Shown: one piece after another, positions 34,721 through 47,864 of the stretch
How positions within the stretch are numbered: the first letter of the stretch is position 1
How the letters are laid out: every line of letters starts with the position of its first letter
Assembly (NCBI GenBank): GCA_012295275.1
Contig: CM022670.1
Coordinates: 24,366,001 to 24,430,000 of the forward strand
DNA length: 64,000 bases
Direction of reading: 5' to 3'
Origin: Chrysomallon squamiferum
Taxonomy: Eukaryota > Animalia > Mollusca
Translations under genes and position numbers: made by a program
Notes under the pieces: generated by a model
Databases searched by the model: none
The model's input: only the letters and a program-made list of their open reading frames with translations
Told to the model about the DNA's origin: nothing

Positions 34721-37700
34721 GTTAATAATAATTTCAGGATTAAATGGAAAGAATTTTTAAAAATGATTTTCTAATTTTAGCTCGTCAGTTTATGAAGAAC
34801 ATTGTCGAAGGAATGATGTATCTTCATTCCCATGGAATACTCCATCGTGATCTAACATTGTCGAATTTATTGCTTACCCGTAACATGGATGTTGTAAGTT
34901 TGATTTACTTTTAAATGTTACCTCCTTCACCCTTCTTGTGAGTAATAGTAACTGAAACATAGATTGTTGGATTAAATAATTCAGATTAAATTACTTTTTT
35001 TCTGGGATTGCAATGGTATTGCAAGAAAGTTTTTTCCTTTTTTTTTTTCAGTTCCATAAAGTAACAGTGATTGAATTCTTAATCTGAATGTTAGAAAGTT
35101 GTATAAAAAGCTGAGTTTGTTGGATTAAGTAAATTATATTTTAAAAAGAGGACTGGTTTCTTATCACATATATTTATTTGTATTGTTTAGAAAATTGCTG
35201 ACTTTGGTCTTGCCACCCAGTTGAGTGTTCCCTGATGAGAAACATTTCACAATGTGTGGAACACCGAACTACATCTCCCCGTAAGTAAACTGTTTAATAC
35301 TTCCTCAACTTTAAAATGCCAAATACCTATTTTTTATTCTTAGATTATCCTAGAATAACATTTTTGAAACTATTGTGTAAAGTATTGTGTCTCATTTTTT
35401 TTGGGAAGATTAATCATTTAATGATTTAAATAATTTTCATGAATTGAATTTTCTTTTAACATTGATTACAAATTATAAGTGGATCAAACTGACTGATTAA
35501 AACATAAATATTTTTTTTAAAATGGTAATGGAAAAATACTGCATCTGATCTTATAAAATATTGAATAAAAATGTTTGGATTTCTTCATTGAATTCAAAAA
35601 TGATACATTTATAGCTTTGATGCTGCTGTAAAAATTAATATAATATAAACTATTTCATTGTGTCTTGTTTTATTTTTCAGTGAAGTGGCAATGAGATCAG
35701 CCCATGGTTTGGAGACTGATGTGTGGTCTCTAGGCTGCATGCTGTACACATTTTTAGTGGGACAGCCACCTTTCGATACTGATGGAGTGAAGAAGACATT
35801 AAATCGAGTAGTCACAGCACAGTACCATCTACCAGACTATCTCTCACCAGAGGCCAGAGACTTAATCAAATCTTTATTACGTAAAAACCCTAAAGACAGA
35901 ATATCAATCAGAGGTAAGTTATATAAGTTATTTTTATTTAATACTATTTATTTTTTACTATAACAAAAACCTTTGTTTTCCAAAAATAAATAAGAAATTA
36001 CTTTAATTTTCTTATGGTTTTCTTATGAAATTGTTATTATTTTTTTCTTATTTATTTATATATATAATGGTTTCTGAAGGTTAAAAAAAGATTACATTTT
36101 TCTCCATATTTCCATACATCAAGGATTTTTATTAATACAATGCTATAATCTGTTGTTGGTATACAATCATCCAGTACTTTAGGTCTGGGATGTTTCTAAC
36201 TTATTGCATTCAGAACAGTGGGGTATTTCATTAATCCTTTCACTGGACAATCAAGCCATCATTGCCCTGTAAATAATATATCCAGACTTGAGAGTTGTGG
36301 TAATCAGCCCCACGTTATACGTGTGACTTGAATTTGTAATTGTTGTGTTCTTACACCTGACACTTTCAAACAGAGACATCTCAGTATTAATATGTGTGAA
36401 ACAAACACCTGTCAGGACAGAAATACAGAGAAATTATAACTGTTTGACAGTTGGTCTGATTAGCAAGTTAAATTACTGTTCATTTCACTGAACAGAACGT
36501 GGAATGGATCAATACAAATATATATATCCAAATAAAAAGGAAAAACAAAAACAAAAATAATAAAAAAATATGTATAAATTTCTCTTTCTTTTTTAAAGTT
36601 ATAAAATTGTGATGGGAGATGATATTGAATTTAAAAAAAAATGAAGACAGCTTGGTTACTAGCAAAATAATTTAAAGTTTTCTAATTAAAATTTTTATTT
36701 TTTATAGCAGATGATATTGAATTAAAAAACAAAAAATTGAATATTGCTTTGTTTTAGGTTATGGTTGGGGAAAGGGGAAATTTTGTGATTGCATAAAACT
36801 AAAACAGTTTTTAAATATATCATTTATATGAATGTATTGTATTTCTTTTGCAGATATTTTCAGTCATCCATTCATGGCAAAGAGCTCTGTAGTAAATAAA
36901 AAGAATTCACAGAAGGTAATTATTTATATTTTAGATAAATCTCACATGTGTTGAAATAACAAATAACAGTAAAAAGGTTTAATTTGTTTTCAGTGATTAT
37001 AAATATCTCAAGTAATTCTAATTTGTTAGCAGCTGTTCTTCCAAAGACGACTTAGGTGTTTAACCTTATTAACTGATTAACCAGATTATGTGTTTAACGA
37101 AGTGTGACTGACAGCAGTTAATGTTTGTGTTGTCAATAATGAAAAGAGGTAATTAAATCTATGTTGTGATCAGTTTGTTTTCACTCTGTGTTAGGTGATA
37201 AAATGTTTATAGTGATGTAAAATTTTATTACTCATTATAAGAACAGATGGTTGTTATCATTTCCTTTGTTATGAGCTTATAACCAGCCTTGTTATACATG
37301 GTGGTTTTGTTTTTGTTTCTTTTAGTTATTGGTAATTATTAATAGTTTTAAAAAAATGATACTGACACAGTACTAATTTACTGCTAAAATGTATGATTAG
37401 TTTAAATGTTATATCATTTAATATACACATCAGAGTAACTGAATTATAGAATGTGTGAAACACAATTAGTTACAGTCAGTATGTTTATAATACATATCTC
37501 GAATAGTCAGTGTGTTTGTAATAACAAGTGTTAATTCTGCCATCTGGTAAACAAAGCAAATGTTTGTTTTTTTTTTTTTTTCTGAGTGACGAAAACTCCA
37601 GTCACTTACCATCTGATCTAAATAATTCAAGGTCTGTCAACTGGTTTTTGTTTTGTATTGAAATACAAAAACCCAATTTGGATGACAGATTGATAAAGTA

Positions 37701-40243
37701 TACCCACAGGTTGTCCTAATCTGAATTATTGGTAATTAGCATTAACTAGAAATTATGGAACCCGAAACAACTGTTCAGTAGTGTATCATTGCTTTAATTT
37801 AGATAGAGTCCACAGCTATTATAATCCTGAATTAATTTTAATCATTAATTTGCAGTCTTTGAACTGTTTAATCAGGTTGACCATATTTTTAAATAATAGA
37901 TAACTTGACTCATATCAGTTATTTGTTCTTTTTAGTTAATAGTCCCATATTGTATATTAGACAATTACACTGTTCTCTTTTCCTTTCAAGCAGCAGTATT
38001 CTGAGCTCTCTATGGACAGTGGTCGTGGCACCATGGCAACTGTTTTGTCTGGACGTTCCACTGTCAGCTCAAGAGGAAAACCATTCCCAGCGTTTCCAGT
38101 CCGAGACATGCAGAGCCAGATATCTGAGGATGATGAGCAAGTGTTGAGCAGTCAGTGGTACACTGGTTCTGACAGCGGGAGTTATCCATACTACAACACC
38201 ACCAGCTCACAGCAGAGACACCCCCCATCTCCCCCAGTCAGGCTGAGAGACAGGTTAGTTGAGTTTTGTCAGTTTGTAAATAATAAGTTTGCTTCACCTG
38301 CAAAAATTAGTTGAAATAAAACTAAAAATTTATGTATTTTTTCTGATTATTATTTAAAAATAAGAAATGAATGGTTCTCATATTTATCAGTATTTTAAAA
38401 TAGTCTTTAATTGCAGAATTAAATAAATGAACATTGTAAATCTATATTTTAGATTTAATAGAGTTTGTAACAGGTTGTTAACTTTGATTTATATTATTTT
38501 TGATTTATAGTGAGAAAGAGGCTGAAATGTTCTTTATCAAAAATCCGCAAGAAGGCAGCGGTAATTTAGGTGTTCCACAAAACCTTACCTCAAGTGAACA
38601 TGATATGCTGCCTAAAATGCACCAAGAAAGTGCTTCAGAAAGCAGAGGAACACAGAATGACTATCTGTTAAGTAATCGTCAAGGTGCTGTCCACCAGTTC
38701 GATCCAGCTAGGTACCAAGACAGTTCATGTACTCCCAGCTCATCCAGCTGTAACTCATTCCATAGCAACAGCACTGGGAATGGCAAGTTTCAGAGTCCGG
38801 CAGTGCCTTCAGAAGTTAGTAGTGGTGGGGATTTTGTAAGAAATTATCTGAACAATGTTTCTGATCATTCCTCACAGGATGGCCAGTTCAGTCTTCAGGC
38901 AACTAAAAAAGTCTTGACTTACGATTCAAAGCCTGGTAGCTTACACGAACAGGAAAATCTGTGTTCAGATGGACATGTGGGCATTAATTCTAATAGAAAT
39001 TGTGCACAGTATTCTTCTAGTAATGGTGGTTTGTCACAAGTGAGAAATGTTGCTGGACCCATTGAGTTTCATTCACCTTACGGGCATCGAGTAGAGCTCT
39101 CGGAGAGAGATATTGTTTCATGCACTAAGTCAGGCTCATCTCAGGAGTTGAGGTCTCAACAGAACAAAGTTAAAAGTGTTGTTACAGAGATTTCAGAGCC
39201 CTTGAATTGTGATCGTCTCCGGCCAATAAGACAGAAGACCAAAAATGCAGTGGTATGAATTTAATTTGAATAGTAAAATAAAGAATTAGTTTTAATCATA
39301 CCAGTTCTCAAAAGTAGTTATTAATTCATATTTGTTTTGTGGTTTAATATTGTGCCATAGTAAAGTATCCCATTTTTTAAATTTATGCATTATGTTATTT
39401 TAAGACTGAAAAAAATATTTCTACACCTTCTTATCTTAAAATCCATATTTAGAATAAATGAAATTGTTGGAAAGCTATTTCTATTAAAAGCAAAACATTA
39501 CTTTTTAAAATATGAATACTGTTACTGATATTTATTGGTTCATTGATTTCTGAAGCATTTATATTATTATTCGTTAATGTTTTAAAATGAAGGGAAAATG
39601 TTGCATCATAAATTATTTTTGCTTTTGTAGGTAAACATCCTGGAATCAGGAGAGGTGTGTTTGGAGTTCATTCGACACAAAGGAAAACAGGAGAAAGTTA
39701 TTGAGGTTTTCTCAATTTCATCTGATGGACAACAAATCAGTGTGTTTCAGCCAAATGATGGTCATGGTATTCCTGTTGCTGATGAACCACCATCCCCAGG
39801 TCAAGGTCCTTTGAAGACCTTCACCTTCAGTACCATGCCAGAGAAGTACTACAAGAAATACCAGTATGCTACACGGTAAATACTTTTTCCCAGAAATGTT
39901 TTATAAAGATAGCTAGAGATATAATGCGAACCAGATGAATCATACCTGTATAGAACCTTAAAAAATATACAAAATAACCCCAGTAATTACTGTAATAGTT
40001 ATTTAATTTTAAGTTAAAAGAAAAAAATCAAAGAAAGAAAATTTCAATTTTTCAAAGAAAATTATAAAAGCAGAAAGTTGATACTAGTATTTTCAGAACA
40101 GAAAAGCAATGTAGGATAAGAAAGTATCGTTAAACAAGAATAATAACAGATGTTCAGATTTGTTTGGCATTAACAAACATTATTTCTTTGTAAATACTGC
40201 ACTGTATTGTTTGTGATTTACATTTTATTATTATTTATATTAC

Positions 40244-40298
<55 letters not shown>

Positions 40299-43174
40299 AT
40301 TATTATTATTTATTTTTTCATAGGTTTGTTAACCTTGTGAGATCAAAAACGCCAAAGGTGACGATATATACATGCCGAGCCAAATGTATGTTGATGGAAA
40401 ACTCACCTGATCCTGACTTTGAAGCTGTATTCTATGATGGTAATAATTTAAAACAATTATTTTAATACTAATAATAAGTAATTAATAAATTAAATTAACA
40501 TGGCTGGTACATAGCATATTTTGAATAGTTAAAATGGTTACAAAAACATATATTTTTCTTATGTACAGATTTGTACAATATACAAATGATCTTAAATTTT
40601 TTTTTCTGTGATAAAAGTATTCATTATGAAAATAATTTATTCCTTGATGTTTAAATACATACTCCAAATATATTAAATTAGTTAAAACATTTCTTGATTA
40701 TAGTTAATAAGATAAAATGTGCTTTAATTATAATTTAATGCTGATATATAGGTCTTTGTTTTTGTTATCTTTAGGCTCAAAGTTCACAGCCAACTCAAAA
40801 GGTATGAGAATTATTGAAAAAAATGGAACATCTTTATCCTTGGAATCTCAAGATGCTATAAATCAACACTTGAATGCTGACACAAAGGAAATACTTGAAT
40901 ATGTCCAAAATGTAAGTGTGCTGTAAATTTTAAAAATAAACTTATTAATTTCTCTATAACTTTGGAAAAGTGGAATTACATTCTATGTATATTGCTTACA
41001 TGAAAAAAAAAAAAATAATAATAAAAGAAATTAAAAAGAATATTACTTTAATAGAAAATAATGATGTTTTCCAAAAAATAATTTTTCCCCGAGAATCAAG
41101 GGAATGTTTTATATTTGTCCAGAAATGTTAAAAATTAACCAAATGGCTTGAACATTAATATTTACAGAACTTTTCTGGTTTTCTTTTAAATAACTGTCAC
41201 ATGTTGTTTATATTTTTGCTTATTATATTTTCAGACAAGAAAGCAGTGTTTCAACATAGAGTCAGTTATCAGTAAGATTCAGAGTTCTACGTGTAGTAAG
41301 GATCAGTTGTTTCCAGTTATTGTGGGACGTCGACCCTCTTCCGGTCTGAGTGATGTTAGCAAATCCAGCTACACAACTTCTTACACTGGGTCATCATCTG
41401 ACCTGAACAATACAAAGTGTTCACAGATGAAACCTTCCACTCCAATGGTATGTGCTTTTTATAATTTCAAAAGCATAACAACCATAATTTCATTTCTGAG
41501 TCAATTACAATTGTCCAAATGGTTTTAATGTTTCTTTTGAAATGCATTTATGTTACTAGAAATTTTTCAACATTTATTGCAAGAACCCCTAGTTTTGATA
41601 GTCTTAATATCTGAATTTATAAGTGTATTTATTTTTATTTTGTTTGCTTGCTAGGAAAAATTTGTTTCAAGAGAAACATAGGTAGTATGTTTTATTTTGA
41701 AAAAAATATTTCTTTAATTAAAGATCCAATAAAATTTTTAATATTTAACATTTTTGACATTAAATAATAGATATTTTCGTTTTTGTTATCTCAGATGTCT
41801 TCATTTGATGGCACTGTTGTCAGTAATGTGACAGCCTGTGACAGTCGAACAGTGTCTCGAGTGACAACACAGAATACTACTCTGACATCACAGGTGTCGT
41901 CTACCACACGGAGCACATCGTCTGATCTCAGTGCTGGCAGCGTTGTTGTGCGCAAGCCACCCTCAGAAGTCATCCAGCAGATATTTGTTCCAAACATTGG
42001 GTGGGCATCTCAGGTATGTGGTATTTGATGATGTAATTTGTGTTTAGAATAACTAATAATCTGCTGAAACTTTCAGATGTTTGTACCATATTTCTGTTTC
42101 TTTAAAATCTTTATTCATCAGTTTATATGTTTATACAACAATGCACATTACAGTTAAATAAAATAAGTTATGTAGATTTAATTATTAATTACAAGATTTA
42201 CAATATTATTAAAAATAATGAATTAAAAAAAAAACAATGTTAAAAATATAATTCTTAATGAGTAAATGTTCTTTATTTAAAGAAGACATGTGTATATAAA
42301 AAGTATTTAACATTTCACTGAATATTCTGTCAGACAAAACTAAAATACCTTTTACAAGACAAATATTTTCTACACTTATAAATGGTCAGTAATTGAAAAG
42401 ACCAATATGGTTATAAAAATTTCTCATTTTTATTACATCTCTTTTAACAGGCAATATTATAAATTAATTGCAAAAAAAAAAAAGAACCCACAGTAATACA
42501 TATATGTTTGAATTTATCATTTTAAAACGTAAATGTATTTTATTTAAAAATATGTGAAAACTAAACACTTTAATTGAATTAATATTTTATTTCAATTTAA
42601 ATTAAAATTAAAATTTCTGTTTATCAAAATGTTACATTTGTTAATTTTGCAGCATTCTAATGGAGAAATCTGGGTAAAGTTCAATGATGGTACTCAGCTA
42701 GGAGTGAAGTCTACAGCTACAACTGTTACGTTCATGGATCCACAGGGACAGATATTGAGGTTTGTGAATACAAGTTATTTCCACTCAGTAAAAACAAAAA
42801 AGAAGATTTTAAAAAAAAAGAAAAAAACAGAAAAAAAAAATAATAAAAATAGATTAAAAAAAAAGTATAATATAAAAAATAAAAAAAAAATAGAAAATTT
42901 AAAAAAAAAAATAAAATTTTGTTTTAATTTCAAAAAATGCTTTATTTTAAAAATTTATTTGATTCATTATAAAAATTTAGTCTATTATTTCTATCTAATT
43001 TTTAGAACTATATCAAAGACTATAAATGTTTTATTTTCTTATTTTAACAGATATCATCAGAGTGACATTTTACCTAATTTTGTGAAAGAAAAACTGGAAA
43101 AGGTCCCTGTTGTGTTGGAGTATCTTCGAACCAGAGCATCGAAAATTTCCATGGTTTCGTCAGCACAGACGTGA
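31202..43174 (+). CDS. PLK4: Polo-like kinase 4, about 1008 aa; two 1-nt frameshifts in this assembly
   Basis: 17 exons: 31202-31258, 33596-33690, 34005-34100, 34479-34593, 34781-34893, 35191-35280, 35681-35913, 36854-36915, 37991-38253, 38511-39252, 39631-39875, 40324-40439, 40775-40911, 41235-41447, 41795-42013, 42653-42759, 43051-43174. Kinase motifs [40 protein letters not shown]; degron DSGRGT; cryptic polo box ([33 protein letters not shown]); PB3 ([20 protein letters not shown]). Exon 2 is 1 nt short and exon 6 is 1 nt long. Confidence 0.93.
31656..31723. repeat. (TTA)n microsatellite
   Basis: Direct reading. Similar (TAA/TTA)n tracts occur at about 40245-40310, 44538-44582, 47171-47216, 49295-49351, 55292-55388, 57167-57223, 60676-60750 and 62640-62870. 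Confidence 0.95.
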
Positions 43175-44535
43175 ATCCATTAAAACCACTTCATCATTAC
43201 AGTTATTTTTTTTAATCCAAAGTGCCATAATTTTTCTATGTAAATAACTGCCTCTTTTTAATGTGTATGTTTTTATGTACACATGTGATAGAACTATTTA
43301 TTTGTAAATATTTTAGCTATGTAAATATGTACATAGGCAGCAACATTGTGCTGACGACGGGTTTGTTACTTGTCCAGAGAAAAAAGCTTCAGCTAGTGAA
43401 ACATATGCATGAATTATGCTTATTCAAAATGAATTAAAACTGGACATTAATCTGACCATCTGTAGAGACGTGGACAGAGTGACTAGTACATTTCCAAAAA
43501 TGTTGTTAAAAAAAGATACTGTTTTTTTTGTGGTTTTATTGTTAAATTTGTATTTATTTATATTCAGTAATATATTTTAAAACTTTATATTTTTATTTTT
43601 ATTTTAGTATTTAAAATAATTATCCTTGTCATTTTGTGACAGGTATTTTTAATAGTGTAAAACAGTTATATTTGTTTTCGGCAAATCATTATTTAAAAGT
43701 ATTCACATGCATCAGTAGATGAAATAGTCTTCCATAAAATAAAGCATTCATAGAACAATCCGATTTTGGTCTTCTGTTATTTTATTTTGTGTTTGTGAGT
43801 TTGTCCAAAATTTGGGTTTGTTTATGTACGCATCTGTATTAATACCATGGTAATATTGACAAAATAATCTGTAGTTTGATGGATTTCTGTTAAACAAATA
43901 ATGTTTTCCCTTTCATAAGTATATCCATTTAAATTTTAAAGTAATAATGTTTATGGCAAAAACTTTTTGGTTTTTAGTGGATTTCACTTCTGAAAAAAAA
44001 AAAGCTTTCTGCTGTCATTACAGGTGCATTTCACACAAATTTCTCTCTCCTCATAAAAATTACTTTGATATGCTGCAAGAAACATCTTTTTAATCATTGC
44101 AATTTAATATTCGGTACATTTCAATGTGTAAGTCAAAAGTGAAAGAAACGTTTATAATTGAAAAAAAAAAAAAATTTAAAAAATAGTACTAATAATAAAG
44201 AAATAATGAAAATTAATGACAGTAAAAAACAATAATAAAGTGAAAAAAACAAACACAAAAAGCAAATAATTATTTAGTTGATGTTTACCTTTAATTACTA
44301 GGTATTCAGTATTCAGGCAATAATCGCCAAGTGGAGTAACATTAATCACATATATAAATATATCGTATTAATATGTATGAGTCGAACTGACACCATAAAT
44401 TCAAAACCGACTGCTTTACAACACATAAAGAGCGGGTATGTAGTCCACAAAGCTCAACAAATATTCTTATTACAAGCTTTTTATCTTTAAGTTAACAATC
44501 ATAAGAAAATAATAATGCTCATAAATATCGTGATT

Positions 44536-44588
<53 letters not shown>

Positions 44589-44604
44589 AATGACACAATC
44601 CGGC

Positions 44605-44876
44605 TTAGCAGGTTACATCTTGCGAAGATAGCTCGCACATTCCTGCCAGTGCTGTTACATCGTCGCAGGCGGCCACTTCATCATTCAGACAGTAGTCGTG
44701 CAGGCACATGAAGTAGTATATGGCAGCCATGTCTCTCTCGTCTGCTTTTTTCCGACACTCGGTGAAAGGACCGTTAGGGTCGAAGATAGATCCGCACAAC
44801 GATTTACCAAACGCAAATTTCAGATAATCAGGAGTGCAGGATGAGTAAATTTCTTTAGCCTTAAAACATCTACAAA

Positions 44877-44907
<31 letters not shown>

Positions 44908-46390
44908 AAAGAAACAAAAAAAGAAGAAGAAGAAGAAAAAAAGAATATCTGAAATATTGTAACTGTTGGATCGTATATCTATAATTATTTTAAAACATTT
45001 TTTTTAAAAGATGATTCGAAATCGGAATTATTTTGTTAACAAATCATACGTAATACTTAAATTATATAAAAATGTCGTATTATCTATTTTAATCCTTATT
45101 TTATTTTTATTTATTTATTTATTATTATTATTATTATAATGTTTTTATTAACTTAATGTGTGTTTATCTTTTAGGAAATAAGTACTATCAGGAAATATGT
45201 ATAATTCATGAAAATTTCAGTAAATATGTGTAATGTGTGATTTACTTAGGAAACAGGTAATGCAATTGCTGCAAGTAAATCATCCGCTGAACACAAACGA
45301 TGGGTAATTTCAGAAGGGAGTCTAGGTGATCAGGCCAGTACGAGCACTAGAACCCAGAATTGCCGCAAATGGGGAACAGTTAATTTTACTGTGAAGAATG
45401 GAGTTCTTCTGAAACAAATTTGAGTCCAACAGTCCATTCATTTGTATTTTTTTGTCTATCAACCAACAAACGAGCATTATGTCGTTAATGTCTAAGTTTG
45501 CTCTTTTTACAGCTCTTTGGTCTGTGAATGCTTGGTTTTCCCCATGGATCATCCCATGGATCATCCCACCTCTGTCGATATTATGTTCAGTTCAATGATT
45601 ACACATATTGTCTGAAAGTTTCAGGAACTATGCTTTTTTCGGATAATATATATTTCTAATAATATTTCTAATATTAATAATATATATACATACCCTGAAA
45701 AAAGGTGATTCACCACATTAGGTAGATAATGTTTAATTTATTTAACTTAGTGAGACTTTGATTCATATAATAATTGAAAACTTTGAAACTGTGTGGTTAA
45801 CAAGACTACGTTACCAGTATCTGTACATAGAACAAAAAACGTACACACTTTGCGACTTCTCTGGGATGATGTTAGCGAACGAGAACAGTTTGTTTGTTCT
45901 TGACGTTCCAGACTCGTTGATGGCAAGAACAGTAATCGTTTCCGTTTGTTTGCCGTCGCAGTCGCCGCAGAGTCCGTACAGATGTTTTGCAGACAGTGTG
46001 TCCGGTACATCCAACGACACAGTTAGCTTCCCGTCAAATCTTAGGTCAAGGTCACACAGTGACGATTTGAGAATAAAAAACGTATCAATTTTGTTCAATG
46101 AGATGTCGCTGTCTTTGTAATTTGTATCCATTTTCTGCAGGGAGCCTGACACTTCAAACTGTTAAAATGCGATTGATTAGAATGAATTTCGTAAGTGCCA
46201 CCTATTCCAAAGGATTACGATAATTAAAGTGTAAAAGTTGGAGTAGTGGTAGTATAAGGTTAGTACTTATAGGTATTTATAGTAGTAGAGTAATAGTAGT
46301 AACAGTAGATGATAGAAGGTAATTGTTTGTTAATTTAATATAAAACAAAGTATTATTTCAAATCTCCCTATTTGAATGATGTTTTGTTTA

Positions 46391-46480
<90 letters not shown>

Positions 46481-47169
46481 AAAAAATAAATAAATAAAAT
46501 AAAATAAAATAAAATAAAAATAAACTCTCACAGAAACACCAGTACTGTCAATCTGGCCAGATTTAGTGTTAATCGTCCACACAACACGCTTGATCCACAC
46601 TGAAGAGTTGTCTCTGGCACCAAACCTGTGTTCTGTCTCTAACATGATGCTCCACTCGCATTCAGCACCCTTATACCGCGACATGAGATACATGCAAGGC
46701 ACTGGTAGGTCGAACATTTCCTTGTCGAATGACACAAGCTTGGGATCACCGTGCGAATAACAGCCACAGCGATCGTCTGAAAGTAAAACAGATCATTTGT
46801 TTGTTTATTAAAATAATAAAATAACCTTCTCGAATATATATATATATATATCTTGGAATCTATAATCTTGGATTTTATTATACTAACATTGTTTTCAGTA
46901 ATCATTAAAAACTCTAAATGTTAAAAATATTTTAGCATTTTCAATTATAGTAATGATAAAAATATGTTGTAAATGAACATTTATCTAATTATTACCCTGT
47001 TAATTGTCAAGTTATCACGACTAGATAAACTTTTTCATTTTCGGACGTCAGCATAAAACTAATTTGTAAAACGCTATTCTTACATCCGCATGGATATTCC
47101 GATATTTTATAAATGTAAACTGTAATACTTATTAAATAAATTATTTCTGTCATACTGAATGTTGTTGTA

Positions 47170-47216
<47 letters not shown>

Positions 47217-47864
47217 CATGATTATTATGTTTTTGGTACACATATATATACATATATAGTTTGCGAGTCGATATCAAATGGTTCACGTTTGTTTTGAACG
47301 CAAGCGACTGATACACACTTTTATAGCAGCCGAAGTATCCATCTCCGTAGTAACCAGCAGGACACGTACATATGTTTTTCTGGCATTCTGCATTTTCGAA
47401 ACAGTCAAATTCTCCACATCTTACTGAAAAGTAGCAGTAATAATAGAAATTATAAATCTAAAAACTCGTTTCTTTGAAAAGAGGGTGTAGATAATTTTCT
47501 CTATTTTCTAAGCAGAAATATTAAAACTGTATTATTAATTCTGCTCTCAGATTCGAAAATTCTTGTGTAGATATAAAATTTGGTATTTATCTCTTTTTCT
47601 TCTTCTTTTTTTTTCTCTATTTTTTTTTCTTGTATGAAAAAAAACAACAACAACATAATTCTTATTACTGTTAGAAGATAAACAATGCAATCAAACAATA
47701 TTTTTGGGGAAAAGGATTTTTAATTCATTTGGTAAGCACTACAATATTATATCTATATAAATGAAATATGTAATAATTTAAAAAAATCATAATATCTTAC
47801 GTGCTTTACCAGGATGGAAACGGAACGCCAGCAAACACAGAACTAAAACAAACAATCGTTTCAT
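44605..47864 (-). CDS. Small secreted EGF + VWD + C8 domain protein, about 330 aa (FCGBP/zonadhesin/mucin-like module)
   Basis: 5 phase-consistent exons: 47801-47864 (signal peptide MKRLFVLVLCLLAFRFHPGKA), 47319-47423 (EGF: CFENAECQKNICTCPAGYYGDGYFGC), 46532-46776 (VWD start CYSHGDPKLVSFD..PVPCMY), 45845-46158 (LYGLCGDCDG), 44605-44869 (C8: CGSIFDPNGPFTEC..YYFMCLHDYC..AC..LAGMC). Confidence 0.85.
46398..46475. repeat. (GA)n microsatellite
   Basis: Direct reading. Confidence 0.95.

Noticed and set aside
35233-35238. In-frame TGA TGA in PLK4 as selenocysteine or readthrough
   Set aside because: The conserved kinase sequence continues in a different frame, so readthrough cannot restore it; this is an indel.
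42760-43050. Stop-free, frame-preserving last PLK4 intron (Lys-rich ORF 42629-43174)
   Set aside because: Low-complexity A-rich sequence with canonical GT-AG ends that interrupts polo box 3; the open frame is most likely chance.
45260-45570. GC-richer insert with a 12-bp tandem duplication in the VWD gene intron
   Set aside because: No termini, TSD or protein motif recognised; probably an old repeat but not supportable.
45758-46120. 120-aa plus-strand ORF, and similar antisense ORFs at 10493, 15445, 41791 and 62970
   Set aside because: Antisense shadows of real coding exons on the other strand.
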